The position numbers and the translations under genes are program-made. The notes beneath the pieces are model-generated. The model searched no databases, was not told where the DNA came from, and was given only the letters and a program-made list of their open reading frames with translations. This document shows positions 1-8,935 of a DNA stretch of 49,304 nucleotides, one piece after another. The DNA is from Candidatus Yanofskybacteria bacterium RIFCSPHIGHO2_01_FULL_41_26 (GTDB lineage: Bacteria; Patescibacteriota; Minisyncoccia; 2-02-FULL-40-12; GWA2-44-9), in the NCBI GenBank assembly GCA_001794055.1, contig MGJB01000018.1:1-49304 (forward strand), read 5' to 3'. Every line of letters starts with the position of its first letter. The first letter of the stretch is position 1.

Positions 1-42
1 CATACCTCTATTCTACAAGTGTTCGGATTCATTACGGAATGA

Positions 43-342
43 ATGTCAGTCATGCGAAACGTAGTCAAGCTCTTTCTCAAGGTGGTCGTTTGTACGCCGA
101 TGACCATGTTCTCGGTGGCGACCCTTGTTGCCGTCTCGGTCATCGCCTGGCAGTCGGCTCTCAAGCCGCTGCTGTTCCAGTTCGATCAGATCGACTGGTC
201 CAGGACATTCGTGTTTTGGTTCGGCGGCCCCGGCCTGCTCATCGGTATCGCAATCTCGATGGTCGCAATGGCCATTGCCGGAATTGCGGTCAACGGTTGG
301 GGATTGACCGTTGTTGGCATAACGATGGTCGACGAGATCTAG
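43..342 (+). CDS. small hydrophobic membrane protein, hypothetical (99 aa)
   Basis: ATG ORF with two or three hydrophobic helices (VATLVAVSVIAW, GLLIGIAISMVAMAIAGIAV). It lies in a ~60% GC segment unlike the rest of the window and is followed by hairpins and a strong terminator. Preferred over the overlapping Arg/His-rich frame 39..407. Confidence 0.4.
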   Translation: MSVMRNVVKLFLKVVVCTPMTMFSVATLVAVSVIAWQSALKPLLFQFDQIDWSRTFVFWFGGPGLLIGIAISMVAMAIAGIAVNGWGLTVVGITMVDEI

Positions 343-460
343 TTGCCCATTCGGTAAGCCAGTCCTTCATTCAAGTGAAGGGCTGGCTACATCGGGTGGG
401 TTTTTGATTTTTAATGCACCTTACTCTTATGAAAACAAATAAGGTGTTCCAACTTCACAG

Positions 461-514
461 AAAATAAAAAAGGCCCGCGTCACTCCTGACGCTCGCCGAC
501 GCGGGCCTTTTTTA
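461..514. terminator. bidirectional rho-independent terminator between convergent genes
   Basis: 10-bp GC stem ggcccgcgtc (472-481) / gacgcgggcc (498-507), with an A-run before it and a T-run (508-514) after it. Confidence 0.7.
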
Positions 515-523
515 TTACTAAAA

Positions 524-736
524 AGCGCAGCCTCATTGTTTTTCTGTCATTTGACGAATCGAGGAGAGAGCTGAAAGTAGCAAGAGTTATAGATTCCAAA
601 ATAATAGGTCGAGCGCCGAGCATCTTGCGAGGAGGCAAGCGTGGGTTACCTGTTATTTTGGCTTAATCTATACTTGCCATCTTGAAGCGAATGACGAGAT
701 GAGGATTATGACCAGAAAAATGATGAGGCGGAGCGA
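524..736. repeat. ~210-nt imperfect long hairpin; long variant of the 108-nt repeat family
   Basis: The left arm (524-608) is an imperfect reverse complement of the right arm (648-736), e.g. gcaagagttatagattccaaaataataggt vs acctgttattttggcttaatctatacttgc. The termini agcgcagcctcat / gatgaggcggagcga match the termini of the 108-nt repeats. It ends 1 nt before the ctpA stop codon. Confidence 0.6.
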
Positions 737-1981
737 CTATCTTACTATTTCAATCGCCTTATCTAATTGAGCGTCTTTGCCAGGAGTGCCGATTTCTATT
801 TTACCTTCTTCTTTGAGGTCTTCTTCTTTGAATTTAACCTCAATATCAGCTTCTATGCCTTTGTCCGATATTGAAATTCCCGCCGGAGTTAGCCATTTGG
901 CGACGGTAACTTTCAACGATGAACCATCGCCATAATTTTGAAGTTCCTGGACAGAACCTTTTCCAAAACTTTTCTCTCCTACTATTTTAATTCCCCGATT
1001 ATCATGTAAAGCTCCAGCCAAAATCTCCGATGCTGATGCCGAACCGCTATTCATTAAAATGACTGTTGAGTATTTCTTTAATAAAGCATTGCCATCGCTT
1101 CGAAATTCATTTTTTGTACCATCTCTTAACACCTCGCCGACCACGACCTGATTTTTATCCAAGAACCACCCGGCTAGATTTATAGCCGAATCTAACAGTC
1201 CACCGGGGTTGTTTCGAAGATCAACTATCAGGCCGTTTGCGCTAGATTTAAGTATTTCCTCGGCTACTTTTTTGAATTCCGAATCTATCGTTTGATTAAA
1301 AGAATAAATTTGTACGTAAGCGATTTTTTTGCCTCCGCCAGCTGGCGGATTGTCAACAAGTTTCCATTCAATGGTCGGTATTTTTATGGCACCTCGGACA
1401 AGTTCAATATCTCGAGTGATGCTATTTTGTATGGTTAAAACGACTTTTGTTCCTCTTTTGCCCCTTATTAGATAAACTGCTTCTTCAATAGATAGATCTA
1501 TTGTTGTTTTGCCGTCTATTTTTAATATTTTATCCCCTGCCCCAATTCCAGCCTTAAAAGCAGGAGTATCTTTGATGGGAGCTATGACTGTAAGAATATT
1601 ATTTCTCTTTCCTATCTCAATGCCAACACCGCCAAAACTTCCTGATATTTCTTCCTGGAATTTTTTGCTTGGAACCGGTTCAAGAAAAACAGTATAAGGA
1701 TCGCCAACACTGTTGACCAGTCCGCTGACGGCTCCGTAAAGAATTTTTTGAGGATCTACCTTACCCTTGTCAACATATTTGGCGCTAAGATCGTTATATA
1801 CTTTCCAAAAGAGAGAAAAATCAATATTTTCTTGTTTTCCTGGATCAAGATTAACAAGGTTTTTGATTACATTTGAAGAGTTTGTTGTCTTTATATCTCG
1901 GAACCAAAAACCGCCCAAAAAACCAAGGGCTAAAGAAATTATTATTGAGATGAGGAATATTTTTCGATTAAGCGCACTCAT
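737..1981 (-). CDS. ctpA: carboxy-terminal processing protease (S41 family, PDZ-containing)
   Basis: N-terminal TM segment, PDZ-like GVGIEIG...ILKIDGK, and S41 motifs VDLRNNPGGLL, SGSASASEILAGAL, GEKSFGKGSVQ. Confidence 0.85.
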   Translation of the reverse strand: MSALNRKIFLISIIISLALGFLGGFWFRDIKTTNSSNVIKNLVNLDPGKQENIDFSLFWKVYNDLSAKYVDKGKVDPQKILYGAVSGLVNSVGDPYTVFLEPVPSKKFQEEISGSFGGVGIEIGKRNNILTVIAPIKDTPAFKAGIGAGDKILKIDGKTTIDLSIEEAVYLIRGKRGTKVVLTIQNSITRDIELVRGAIKIPTIEWKLVDNPPAGGGKKIAYVQIYSFNQTIDSEFKKVAEEILKSSANGLIVDLRNNPGGLLDSAINLAGWFLDKNQVVVGEVLRDGTKNEFRSDGNALLKKYSTVILMNSGSASASEILAGALHDNRGIKIVGEKSFGKGSVQELQNYGDGSSLKVTVAKWLTPAGISISDKGIEADIEVKFKEEDLKEEGKIEIGTPGKDAQLDKAIEIVR

Positions 1982-2789
1982 TGGTTGAATGATTTTCAGA
2001 ACTTTTTAAAAATCCCCACTTAAACAAGTATTTAAACCCGTCTTTGATGTGCTGTTGAGACTGACGGTTCACAAAAGCATCAATTAGCCATGAATTTTTT
2101 TTTGAAATACGTCTGTGATAATGATATATCTTGGCCAACGGGCAGTAAACTACCTTATAACCATTTTCCCAGAAACGCTTAGCCCAGTCAACATCGCTGA
2201 AATACAAAAAAAACTTTTCATCCATAAATCCAACCCTATTGATTGCTTCACGCTTTACCATGAGGGCGGAACCCATGAGCCAGTCGACCTGTTGAACATC
2301 GGATAGGTCCTTATCTTTAAGAAGGAACTTTTTTAGGACCCTTTTGTTAAATGGAAGGTATCCTACTCGGCGGTAGCCAATAGTGATTGCGTTATAAAAT
2401 CCGAAACAAGATTGTTGGGGCGTGCCATCAAAATTAAGGAGCTGGGGTCCAGCCAATCCGACATCTTGATTTTTTTTCATATAATTCAGCAGCGTTTCGA
2501 TAGAGTTTTTAAGAGGAACAATGTCTGGATTTAAAACAAGAACATAATCTCCGGCGCTTTGCTTTATTCCCTCGTTAACCCCTTTTGAGTAGCCGATGTT
2601 TTCTTTAAACGACACTAATTTTATCGAAGGAAATTCTTCTAAAACTATATTCTGGGTTTCAATTTCAGATGAAATATCCATTACTAAAATTTCATATTTC
2701 AATTCGGAACTCAAAGTACGCTCAAGTGATTTTAAGCACAATCTCAATAAAGCCGGATTTTTATAATTTACTATAATAATGGAAAGCAT
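1968..2789 (-). CDS. glycosyltransferase family 2
   Basis: N-terminus MLSIIIVNYKN..., DxD-type region VLVLNPDIV, and typical GT2 length. Overlaps the ctpA start by 14 nt (operon). Confidence 0.8.
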   Translation of the reverse strand: MLSIIIVNYKNPALLRLCLKSLERTLSSELKYEILVMDISSEIETQNIVLEEFPSIKLVSFKENIGYSKGVNEGIKQSAGDYVLVLNPDIVPLKNSIETLLNYMKKNQDVGLAGPQLLNFDGTPQQSCFGFYNAITIGYRRVGYLPFNKRVLKKFLLKDKDLSDVQQVDWLMGSALMVKREAINRVGFMDEKFFLYFSDVDWAKRFWENGYKVVYCPLAKIYHYHRRISKKNSWLIDAFVNRQSQQHIKDGFKYLFKWGFLKSSENHSTNECA

Positions 2790-2792
2790 GAG

Positions 2793-3809
2793 TTAGTTCA
2801 GGTTGGCCTGAAAGAGTTGTTTTATTTGCGTAAAATTGTCGCCTTGAGGCAGAAGAATGTAGGATCCAGTGGTGCGGGATTCGTAAAGAAGATTATCGGT
2901 GGTTATGGTGTATTTTTTAATTTTTTCGGCAGAACTGATCTCTTTAGACAAGCTAAGCAACTCTGTGGCGTTCCAGATGTTTAAATCGGTTTTTATATTC
3001 GAGCGGATGCTATTAAGGATAGACAAAGTTTTAATGGGATCGGACCAGAAATTAAGTTTCGTAAGCTTGTCTTTCAAGGCGAAGACAACTTCCTGCTGGC
3101 GTCTGGACCTGTCAAAATCACTGGACGAGAATCTTGAACGGGCGTAGTAAAGAGCGTTTTTACCGTCCAAATGATTTGGTCCGGCTGGCAAGGAGAATTT
3201 ATATCCCCACTGCTGTGATTCTTCAAAGGGTTGTGCAAGAATAATATCTATTCCATCAACTTGGTCTATTATTTTTTCAAAAGAAGAAAAATCCAGAATC
3301 ACCGCTTTGTCTATATAGACTCCGGTTATTTTAGAAACCAACTCTTTGGTAAAGTTAATCCCGTTGTCTTTTTTGTAATGGCCAAATTCATAGGCGGTGT
3401 TTATTTTGTTTTTTTTATTTTTATCTATTTTTACGTAAAGGTCGCGAGGGATTGATATCATGGAGACTTTTTTGGTTGTTTTATCGTAACTTAGGACCAT
3501 TATTGAATCGGTGAGCAGGGGTCCGCCATCGGAAGCATCAGGATCGTCCTCTCCTCTTAAACCCATCACTAATACATCAAACCGATCCGGTTCTTGAACG
3601 GGCATTATGTAATCAGGGTCGATCGGTTCTGAAATAAAGTTAAAAACACTGGCCATCTTTTGCCAAAAATGAACTGGTTCCTCCCAAAAATATCCGCCGA
3701 TAATTAAAACTAAGACCAAAATAATAACGCTGAAGCGTTTTTTATTAAATCTCGGTCTCTCATTAAAGTCGGCCTGGATGAAATTATGTTGATTGTTCAG
3801 GTAAACCAT
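2793..3809 (-). CDS. LytR-CpsA-Psr (LCP) family cell-envelope polymer transferase
   Basis: N-terminal TM segment, then LTDSIMVLSYDKTTKKVSMISIPRDLYV...KINTAYEFG, the LCP signature region. Confidence 0.8.
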   Translation of the reverse strand: MVYLNNQHNFIQADFNERPRFNKKRFSVIILVLVLIIGGYFWEEPVHFWQKMASVFNFISEPIDPDYIMPVQEPDRFDVLVMGLRGEDDPDASDGGPLLTDSIMVLSYDKTTKKVSMISIPRDLYVKIDKNKKNKINTAYEFGHYKKDNGINFTKELVSKITGVYIDKAVILDFSSFEKIIDQVDGIDIILAQPFEESQQWGYKFSLPAGPNHLDGKNALYYARSRFSSSDFDRSRRQQEVVFALKDKLTKLNFWSDPIKTLSILNSIRSNIKTDLNIWNATELLSLSKEISSAEKIKKYTITTDNLLYESRTTGSYILLPQGDNFTQIKQLFQANLN

Positions 3810-3822
3810 TCCCTTAAGATGT

Positions 3823-5007
3823 TTATTGTATAATCATTTTTGATAATTGTAAAGCGAAAAATACCACCATAACAATTACTAGTATTTGGAGTATTCGCCA
3901 GCTAATTTCTGAAGCAGGAATCTGTCTTTCTTCATGAATGTTTGTAAGCATTAAAGAACGCATCTCATTAACATCCATGCGGGCGCGTTTCATTATGGTG
4001 TGTCTGCGCCTGATCATTCGCGGTAAAAGAAGCAGAAACCTCCCCCACTCCAGAAGCACTTTCTGTTCAAAAAGTCCCGCATAACCCTGGACATTTATCT
4101 CTCTTATTATTATTGCCGGGAGGTCCAGCAGAATGTTACGCAGATAATCGTTTTTAATTACAGTAAAGCGTGTGTTGGACCAATCCAGACGTCGTTTATG
4201 AATCGGGATCTGCCGTCTTAATTTTCGGCGGTGAACATAATCAGAAAGCAAATCGGTAGTTATGTTGCCTTTGGTTGTTGAACGATCGTGCCAGGCAATG
4301 ATTTCGGGTGAATAAATTTGTTTATGTCCGAAAAGGGTCATACGCCACGCAAGATCAAGGTCGTCTCCATACCAAAAATAGTCAGGATCCCAAATCCAGC
4401 CGCTAGTTTTACAATCTTCCAATGCGGTCCGCCGGAAGAATGGAACTGCACCCTCAACCCCGAAGATAACCTGTTGTCTTGAAAAGGCGGGCCCATCTTG
4501 TTTACCATGGCCGATGTTTATCACTTTTCGTTCTCGCGTCAGAGCAAAACCGCAGGTGTCAATAATTGAACGTTGTGGGTCGTAAGTTGTAGGTTGTAGG
4601 TCACGCAAATTATATTGATATATTTTGGCCTGAACAGCGCCTACTCCTGGATCGGCCTCACAAATTGCAACTGCTCTCTCGACAAAATTCTTGTCAATCA
4701 TAACGTCAACCGAAACGGATAAAATATATTTTCCGGAGGAGTATTTTAATAATTCTTCCTGTCCTGGCCACATGCCCAGATTTGTTTTGCCTTCAAGCAA
4801 AACAAATTTTGACCATAGTTTGTCATCTATAGTCGATAGCCAATCCTTAATAATTTTAATTGTGTCATCTGTTGAGCCATTATCTAAGATGTTTAATTCA
4901 ACCAAATTGTGTGGATATGTTTGCGCTAAAATCGCATCCAAACAATGGCGGATATATTTTTCGCCGTTTATAACAACTATGTTAATTGTGACTAACGCGT
5001 TATTCAT
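3823..5007 (-). CDS. glycosyltransferase family 2 with C-terminal membrane segment
   Basis: INIVVINGEKYIRHCLDAILAQTYP...LDNGSTDDT GT2 N-terminus, DDLDLAWR motif, and a C-terminal hydrophobic helix. Confidence 0.75.
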   Translation of the reverse strand: MNNALVTINIVVINGEKYIRHCLDAILAQTYPHNLVELNILDNGSTDDTIKIIKDWLSTIDDKLWSKFVLLEGKTNLGMWPGQEELLKYSSGKYILSVSVDVMIDKNFVERAVAICEADPGVGAVQAKIYQYNLRDLQPTTYDPQRSIIDTCGFALTRERKVINIGHGKQDGPAFSRQQVIFGVEGAVPFFRRTALEDCKTSGWIWDPDYFWYGDDLDLAWRMTLFGHKQIYSPEIIAWHDRSTTKGNITTDLLSDYVHRRKLRRQIPIHKRRLDWSNTRFTVIKNDYLRNILLDLPAIIIREINVQGYAGLFEQKVLLEWGRFLLLLPRMIRRRHTIMKRARMDVNEMRSLMLTNIHEERQIPASEISWRILQILVIVMVVFFALQLSKMIIQ

Positions 5008-6505
5008 GTTTGGTTAGAACTAAGGCGATGGTCGTCACAAAAATCAGAAACGTCCTTTCGTCAAAAAGAGCTACATCAGTTAAACCATAAACCAAAACCC
5101 AGGGAATAAAAATTAAAGCCGCACCGTTATAAACAATTATTTCACGATCTTTTGAGGAAACAAAGTTGTTATATATCTTCTGCACTAAAAGCCACAAAAA
5201 CCATAAAGCAAAAATCAGGGCCGGGGTTCCCATCTCGGCGGCGATTTGGAGGTAAATATTATGAGCCGAGGAGCCGGCTTTGGCTAAACGTATATCTTGC
5301 CCAAGCACAACCGGATAGTTGCCGATACCGACGCCTAATAACGGACGTTCTTTTATTGACAATAAGGTTTTCTTCCATATTTCTATACGCTGAGCGTTAG
5401 ATGTTTCTCCGAAATCGATTATTGACCTAACGCGCTGTTTTAAAAAATCATCGCTTTTTCCCACTAAAAACTGAGGAGAAGAAAATATGGGAAAAGCAAC
5501 AGCAAACATTACAAAAAATATTACTAAAAACCACCCCAATTTCTTAAAACTGACAAAATTATCATATGAAAATTTTGTCAGCTCCCTTTTTTTCACATAA
5601 ATCATCAATCCAAAATACAATAATACAACTCCAATACTTGCCGCCCAAATCCCTCTTGTCCCGCTTAGGATGATAATTAAAAATAAAAACGAAATAGATA
5701 TTATCTTTAACCATTTTTTTTGTATTATTGCCAAGACAGCAGGAATGCCAAGAAGTATAAATTGCGGAAATGAGTGCGAATCAGGAAAAAGAGAAAACAC
5801 TCTCAACGACAACTGCTCGCCGTAATACGCGAACCAAGTGTTGCCGAGTTGTACGGCGATATTGCACCATTGTTCACCAAACTGTCGGCATTGTATTTCC
5901 TCTCCCCACATCCTCATAAATTGATAGATATCAATGAAGTACGTGGAGATAACTTGAATATAACCGACTGTGGCAACGATAACGACAGGAATAATTGAGT
6001 TTTTAATTAATCTTTTAGCAAATTTTTTGTCAGCTGATTTGTAATAAATTACTATTCCCAGAACTGCGAAATTTAAAAAATAAATTATTCGTTTAATAGC
6101 TGCAATTTTGTCTGTCGCAGGAATTAGGGACAAAACTGCGAGGAGCAATAAAATGATGAGTAAAAAAGACAATTGTCTATAACTGAAATTTTTAATCCAA
6201 TTCTTAATACTTAATACGTAATACTTAATATTATTTTTGAATAACCATTTCAAAAATATAATTGTCGCCAAAACGCGCCAAGTATTGAAATTATCAAAAT
6301 TGGTCGTAATCGGCAGTGCCAAAAACAGAGGAATTGATCTCACAAAAAATACCAGAGAATCATCAAGTGGTGCGGCCAAAAAATATATAACCAAAGCCGC
6401 TCCCAAATAAAGTGCTATCTCTCGCGGCAAAATGCCGGTTATTATCAAACCGAAGAGACTAACTTCTATGGCAAAAAACAGGTTTAAAAATTTATTTCTT
6501 GACAT
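5000..6505 (-). CDS. O-antigen ligase / Wzy-like polytopic membrane protein
   Basis: About 10 or more hydrophobic segments and a Wzy_C-like motif GSSAHNIYLQIAAEMG. Overlaps the upstream GT2 by 8 nt. Confidence 0.7.
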   Translation of the reverse strand: MSRNKFLNLFFAIEVSLFGLIITGILPREIALYLGAALVIYFLAAPLDDSLVFFVRSIPLFLALPITTNFDNFNTWRVLATIIFLKWLFKNNIKYYVLSIKNWIKNFSYRQLSFLLIILLLLAVLSLIPATDKIAAIKRIIYFLNFAVLGIVIYYKSADKKFAKRLIKNSIIPVVIVATVGYIQVISTYFIDIYQFMRMWGEEIQCRQFGEQWCNIAVQLGNTWFAYYGEQLSLRVFSLFPDSHSFPQFILLGIPAVLAIIQKKWLKIISISFLFLIIILSGTRGIWAASIGVVLLYFGLMIYVKKRELTKFSYDNFVSFKKLGWFLVIFFVMFAVAFPIFSSPQFLVGKSDDFLKQRVRSIIDFGETSNAQRIEIWKKTLLSIKERPLLGVGIGNYPVVLGQDIRLAKAGSSAHNIYLQIAAEMGTPALIFALWFLWLLVQKIYNNFVSSKDREIIVYNGAALIFIPWVLVYGLTDVALFDERTFLIFVTTIALVLTKHE

Positions 6506-6759
6506 TATAATTTTAGAATATTAGGATTACTATTAAGGGATTAAATGGTAGGGGTGCTCGATGACTTTGTCTCTTTTTATGGCAATGAGTTTTACCGGAG
6601 CAGCATTTTTTTCTTCATTTAACCCAAGCAAAAACAGCAGAATAAGATTACGTATCTGGTTGGGTTTTGCTTTTTGTGCTCTTTTGTTCCATGCCTTAGG
6701 GCTATAGGATCGTCTATCTAGATGATCCTTTTTAATACTTGCTTATTATTTCTAAAAAC

Positions 6760-7890
6760 CTACGGTTCATTAATTATTTTGATCCAGCGGTTGGCAAAGT
6801 CATTCCAGTTATACTTCTTCACGAATTCCGGGCCGGAATTTTTTATTCTCTGGACTTTTTCCGAATCGGTCAGTGCCAGCTTTATTGCTTCTGCGACGTT
6901 GTCCACTTCTCCGCTTTTAGCATAGAACGCATATTCGCCGAAAAGCTCATGTCCCAACTCATTATCCATTATAACCGGCGGAACTCCAAACGACAGCGCT
7001 TCCATCGGCGGCAATCCGAATGCTTCTCTGTCGGAAACATAAACCAACGCTTTTGCTTCGGCGTATAGGCCGACCAGTTCTTCGTCTTTGATATAATCCT
7101 TATGGACGATTGCTTGCCTACCCAATCTGTCGTTCACTTCTGAAACCAGAAAACCGATGGTCGGAGTTTCATATTTATTAGGTCCAATTGCGATAAGTTT
7201 TAAATTAGAAAATTCTGGAGCCAATTTTTCAAACGCCAAGACGGTTTCTTTAAGGTGCCGGCGCGGAAATGCCTGCCCGACATAAAGAATATATTTATCT
7301 TGAAAATTATTATTTTCCTTGAGGTTTAACCTCAAGGAAAAATTTATACCGAGATAATTAACAAAAATTCGGTTTGGGTTGATGTTGAAAAGCTCGGCCA
7401 CGTTTTTTTTTGATGTTTCCGAGATTGCCAAAATTTTTGTTGCAAATTTTGCTGTCCAATTAACAAAAACCCAATAAGCAAGGCGATATCTAAACGGGAG
7501 CTTGCCTTGGTAGGTTTCATAATAAGCATCTTCGGTCAGCATTACCACTGATTTGCCAAAAGCAATTATGGGAAGCATATAATTTGGCCAAAACATTACG
7601 TCGAGCCGATCAAACCAAAGCTTCATCGGCAGAAGAGCAAAATAATAAATCGGGAAAAGACGGTTCTTAAAAAAAGGAACCGGAACCATCTTTTTTTCAA
7701 AAATTGGAGCGTTTAAAAATGAAAAACCAGGAATAGTATCCTTGAAATATAAAACAAAACGATATTCTTTTTCCAATTCCGTGCGGCGGGAAATTTCCTC
7801 AAGAAGTTTCATAATCATTCTTCCTACGCCCCACATTGGGTTTTTCCCCTCAATTGACTCACACTCAATTCCGATTCTAATTATTGACAT
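6760..7890 (-). CDS. glycosyltransferase family 4 (GT-B fold)
   Basis: EAFGLPPMEALSFGVPPV (E-x7-E motif). Start trimmed to the ATG at 7890 (MSIIRIGIECES...), because the longer track ORF adds an implausible leader. Confidence 0.8.
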   Translation of the reverse strand: MSIIRIGIECESIEGKNPMWGVGRMIMKLLEEISRRTELEKEYRFVLYFKDTIPGFSFLNAPIFEKKMVPVPFFKNRLFPIYYFALLPMKLWFDRLDVMFWPNYMLPIIAFGKSVVMLTEDAYYETYQGKLPFRYRLAYWVFVNWTAKFATKILAISETSKKNVAELFNINPNRIFVNYLGINFSLRLNLKENNNFQDKYILYVGQAFPRRHLKETVLAFEKLAPEFSNLKLIAIGPNKYETPTIGFLVSEVNDRLGRQAIVHKDYIKDEELVGLYAEAKALVYVSDREAFGLPPMEALSFGVPPVIMDNELGHELFGEYAFYAKSGEVDNVAEAIKLALTDSEKVQRIKNSGPEFVKKYNWNDFANRWIKIINEP

Positions 7891-7943
7891 AAGAATTATT
7901 TTGTTATAATATATAAAAACTGATCTTTGAACAAGGTTTAAAA

Positions 7944-8267
7944 ATGGCAACCGATCGGACTCGCAGAATTCGCGGAACTCGAGGTAATGTGGGTCGTCTG
8001 ATTCGCCGAGATTGGCTTCGGGCCACTGACTTTGATTGCGAAGCTCTTAATTTCGGAGATTTAGATGTTAATGAAAAATTTATTCCCCTACCTTCTCCCG
8101 GTGACAATAGTGGACACGGCGGTCTTTTGGGTGGTGCTTGGTTGTTTATGAAAATTGAACCAGAATCTTTTCCTGTAGCGGAAATTCCTCTTAATGCTGT
8201 CTGCTTGACGGATGGTTGTAAGGTTCATTTTTCTGATGCCGACCTTATCTATTTGGTAAATTGTTAA
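7944..8267 (+). CDS. hypothetical protein with Arg-rich N-terminus (107 aa)
   Basis: ATG ORF on the opposite strand to the surrounding cluster. It is visibly higher in GC than its neighbours and has its own terminator directly downstream. Confidence 0.45.
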   Translation: MATDRTRRIRGTRGNVGRLIRRDWLRATDFDCEALNFGDLDVNEKFIPLPSPGDNSGHGGLLGGAWLFMKIEPESFPVAEIPLNAVCLTDGCKVHFSDADLIYLVNC

Positions 8268-8274
8268 TTATTGA

Positions 8275-8299
8275 CTGGCTCATGAGCCAGTTTTATTTT
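8275..8299 (+). terminator. rho-independent terminator
   Basis: ctggct-catg-agccag hairpin followed by ttttatttt. Confidence 0.55.
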
Positions 8300-8350
8300 C
8301 CCCATTTTACGGATATACCAGTTGCCTATCCCTTTTAATATCGTAACTGA

Positions 8351-8935
8351 TTACTCTTTGTTTTTTAATTCTAGATATAATTTTTTTAAACGATTCAAGT
8401 AATTTAGAGCTCTATCCCGTTCAAGACCAGTTAGTTTTGTCATAATTAGCAAGCGAATTTGATCGTGGTTATATGCTTTTTGAGATTCATCATTCCAGGG
8501 GTAAAAATCATCTAAATAAACCATATTACCGTCGTTATCTTCAACGAAATTCTGCGTACTTTCATCAAACTCGATCCCACAATCTTTTAGTTGTTTCCGT
8601 AACGTATAAAGGTCTTCGATTTTTTCTTCTCTAATCGATATTGTTTCTCTTGACTTAAATTTAATTTTTTCTTTCGTTATTGTCCTTGGTTGAGTGGTAG
8701 TCATAAAAACATCCGGTACATTTTTCGGAAATAACATATGCAAAATTTTGGTAAAGTAGAACTTGGCTTTGTTAAATTCAGGTGACCTTTCAAACTTAAA
8801 TTCTGCTTCAATTTTGTAAATTCCCACCACTTTTTCATCTTTATCTGGGTGTGGATAGACGACTTTTTCACCTCCATCACCTATTTCTTTTTGAGCTTCT
8901 ATCCTGTTTTTTATGAATTCTTTAAATTCTTCCAT
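8351..8935 (-). CDS. hypothetical protein, possibly a minimal protein-kinase-like fold
   Basis: ATG at 8935 (MEEFKEF...). By eye: Gly-rich loop IGDGGEKVVY, Lys in VVGIYKIE, DESTQN (DxxxxN) and VYLDDF (DFG-like). No database check. Confidence 0.5.
   Translation of the reverse strand: MEEFKEFIKNRIEAQKEIGDGGEKVVYPHPDKDEKVVGIYKIEAEFKFERSPEFNKAKFYFTKILHMLFPKNVPDVFMTTTQPRTITKEKIKFKSRETISIREEKIEDLYTLRKQLKDCGIEFDESTQNFVEDNDGNMVYLDDFYPWNDESQKAYNHDQIRLLIMTKLTGLERDRALNYLNRLKKLYLELKNKE

Noticed and set aside
39-407. Overlapping ORFs 39..407 and 125..307 in the GC-rich segment
   Set aside because: Their Arg/His/Ser-rich low-complexity translations are typical of off-frame reading in GC-rich DNA. The frame 43..342 gives coherent hydrophobic helices and was kept, itself only at 0.4.
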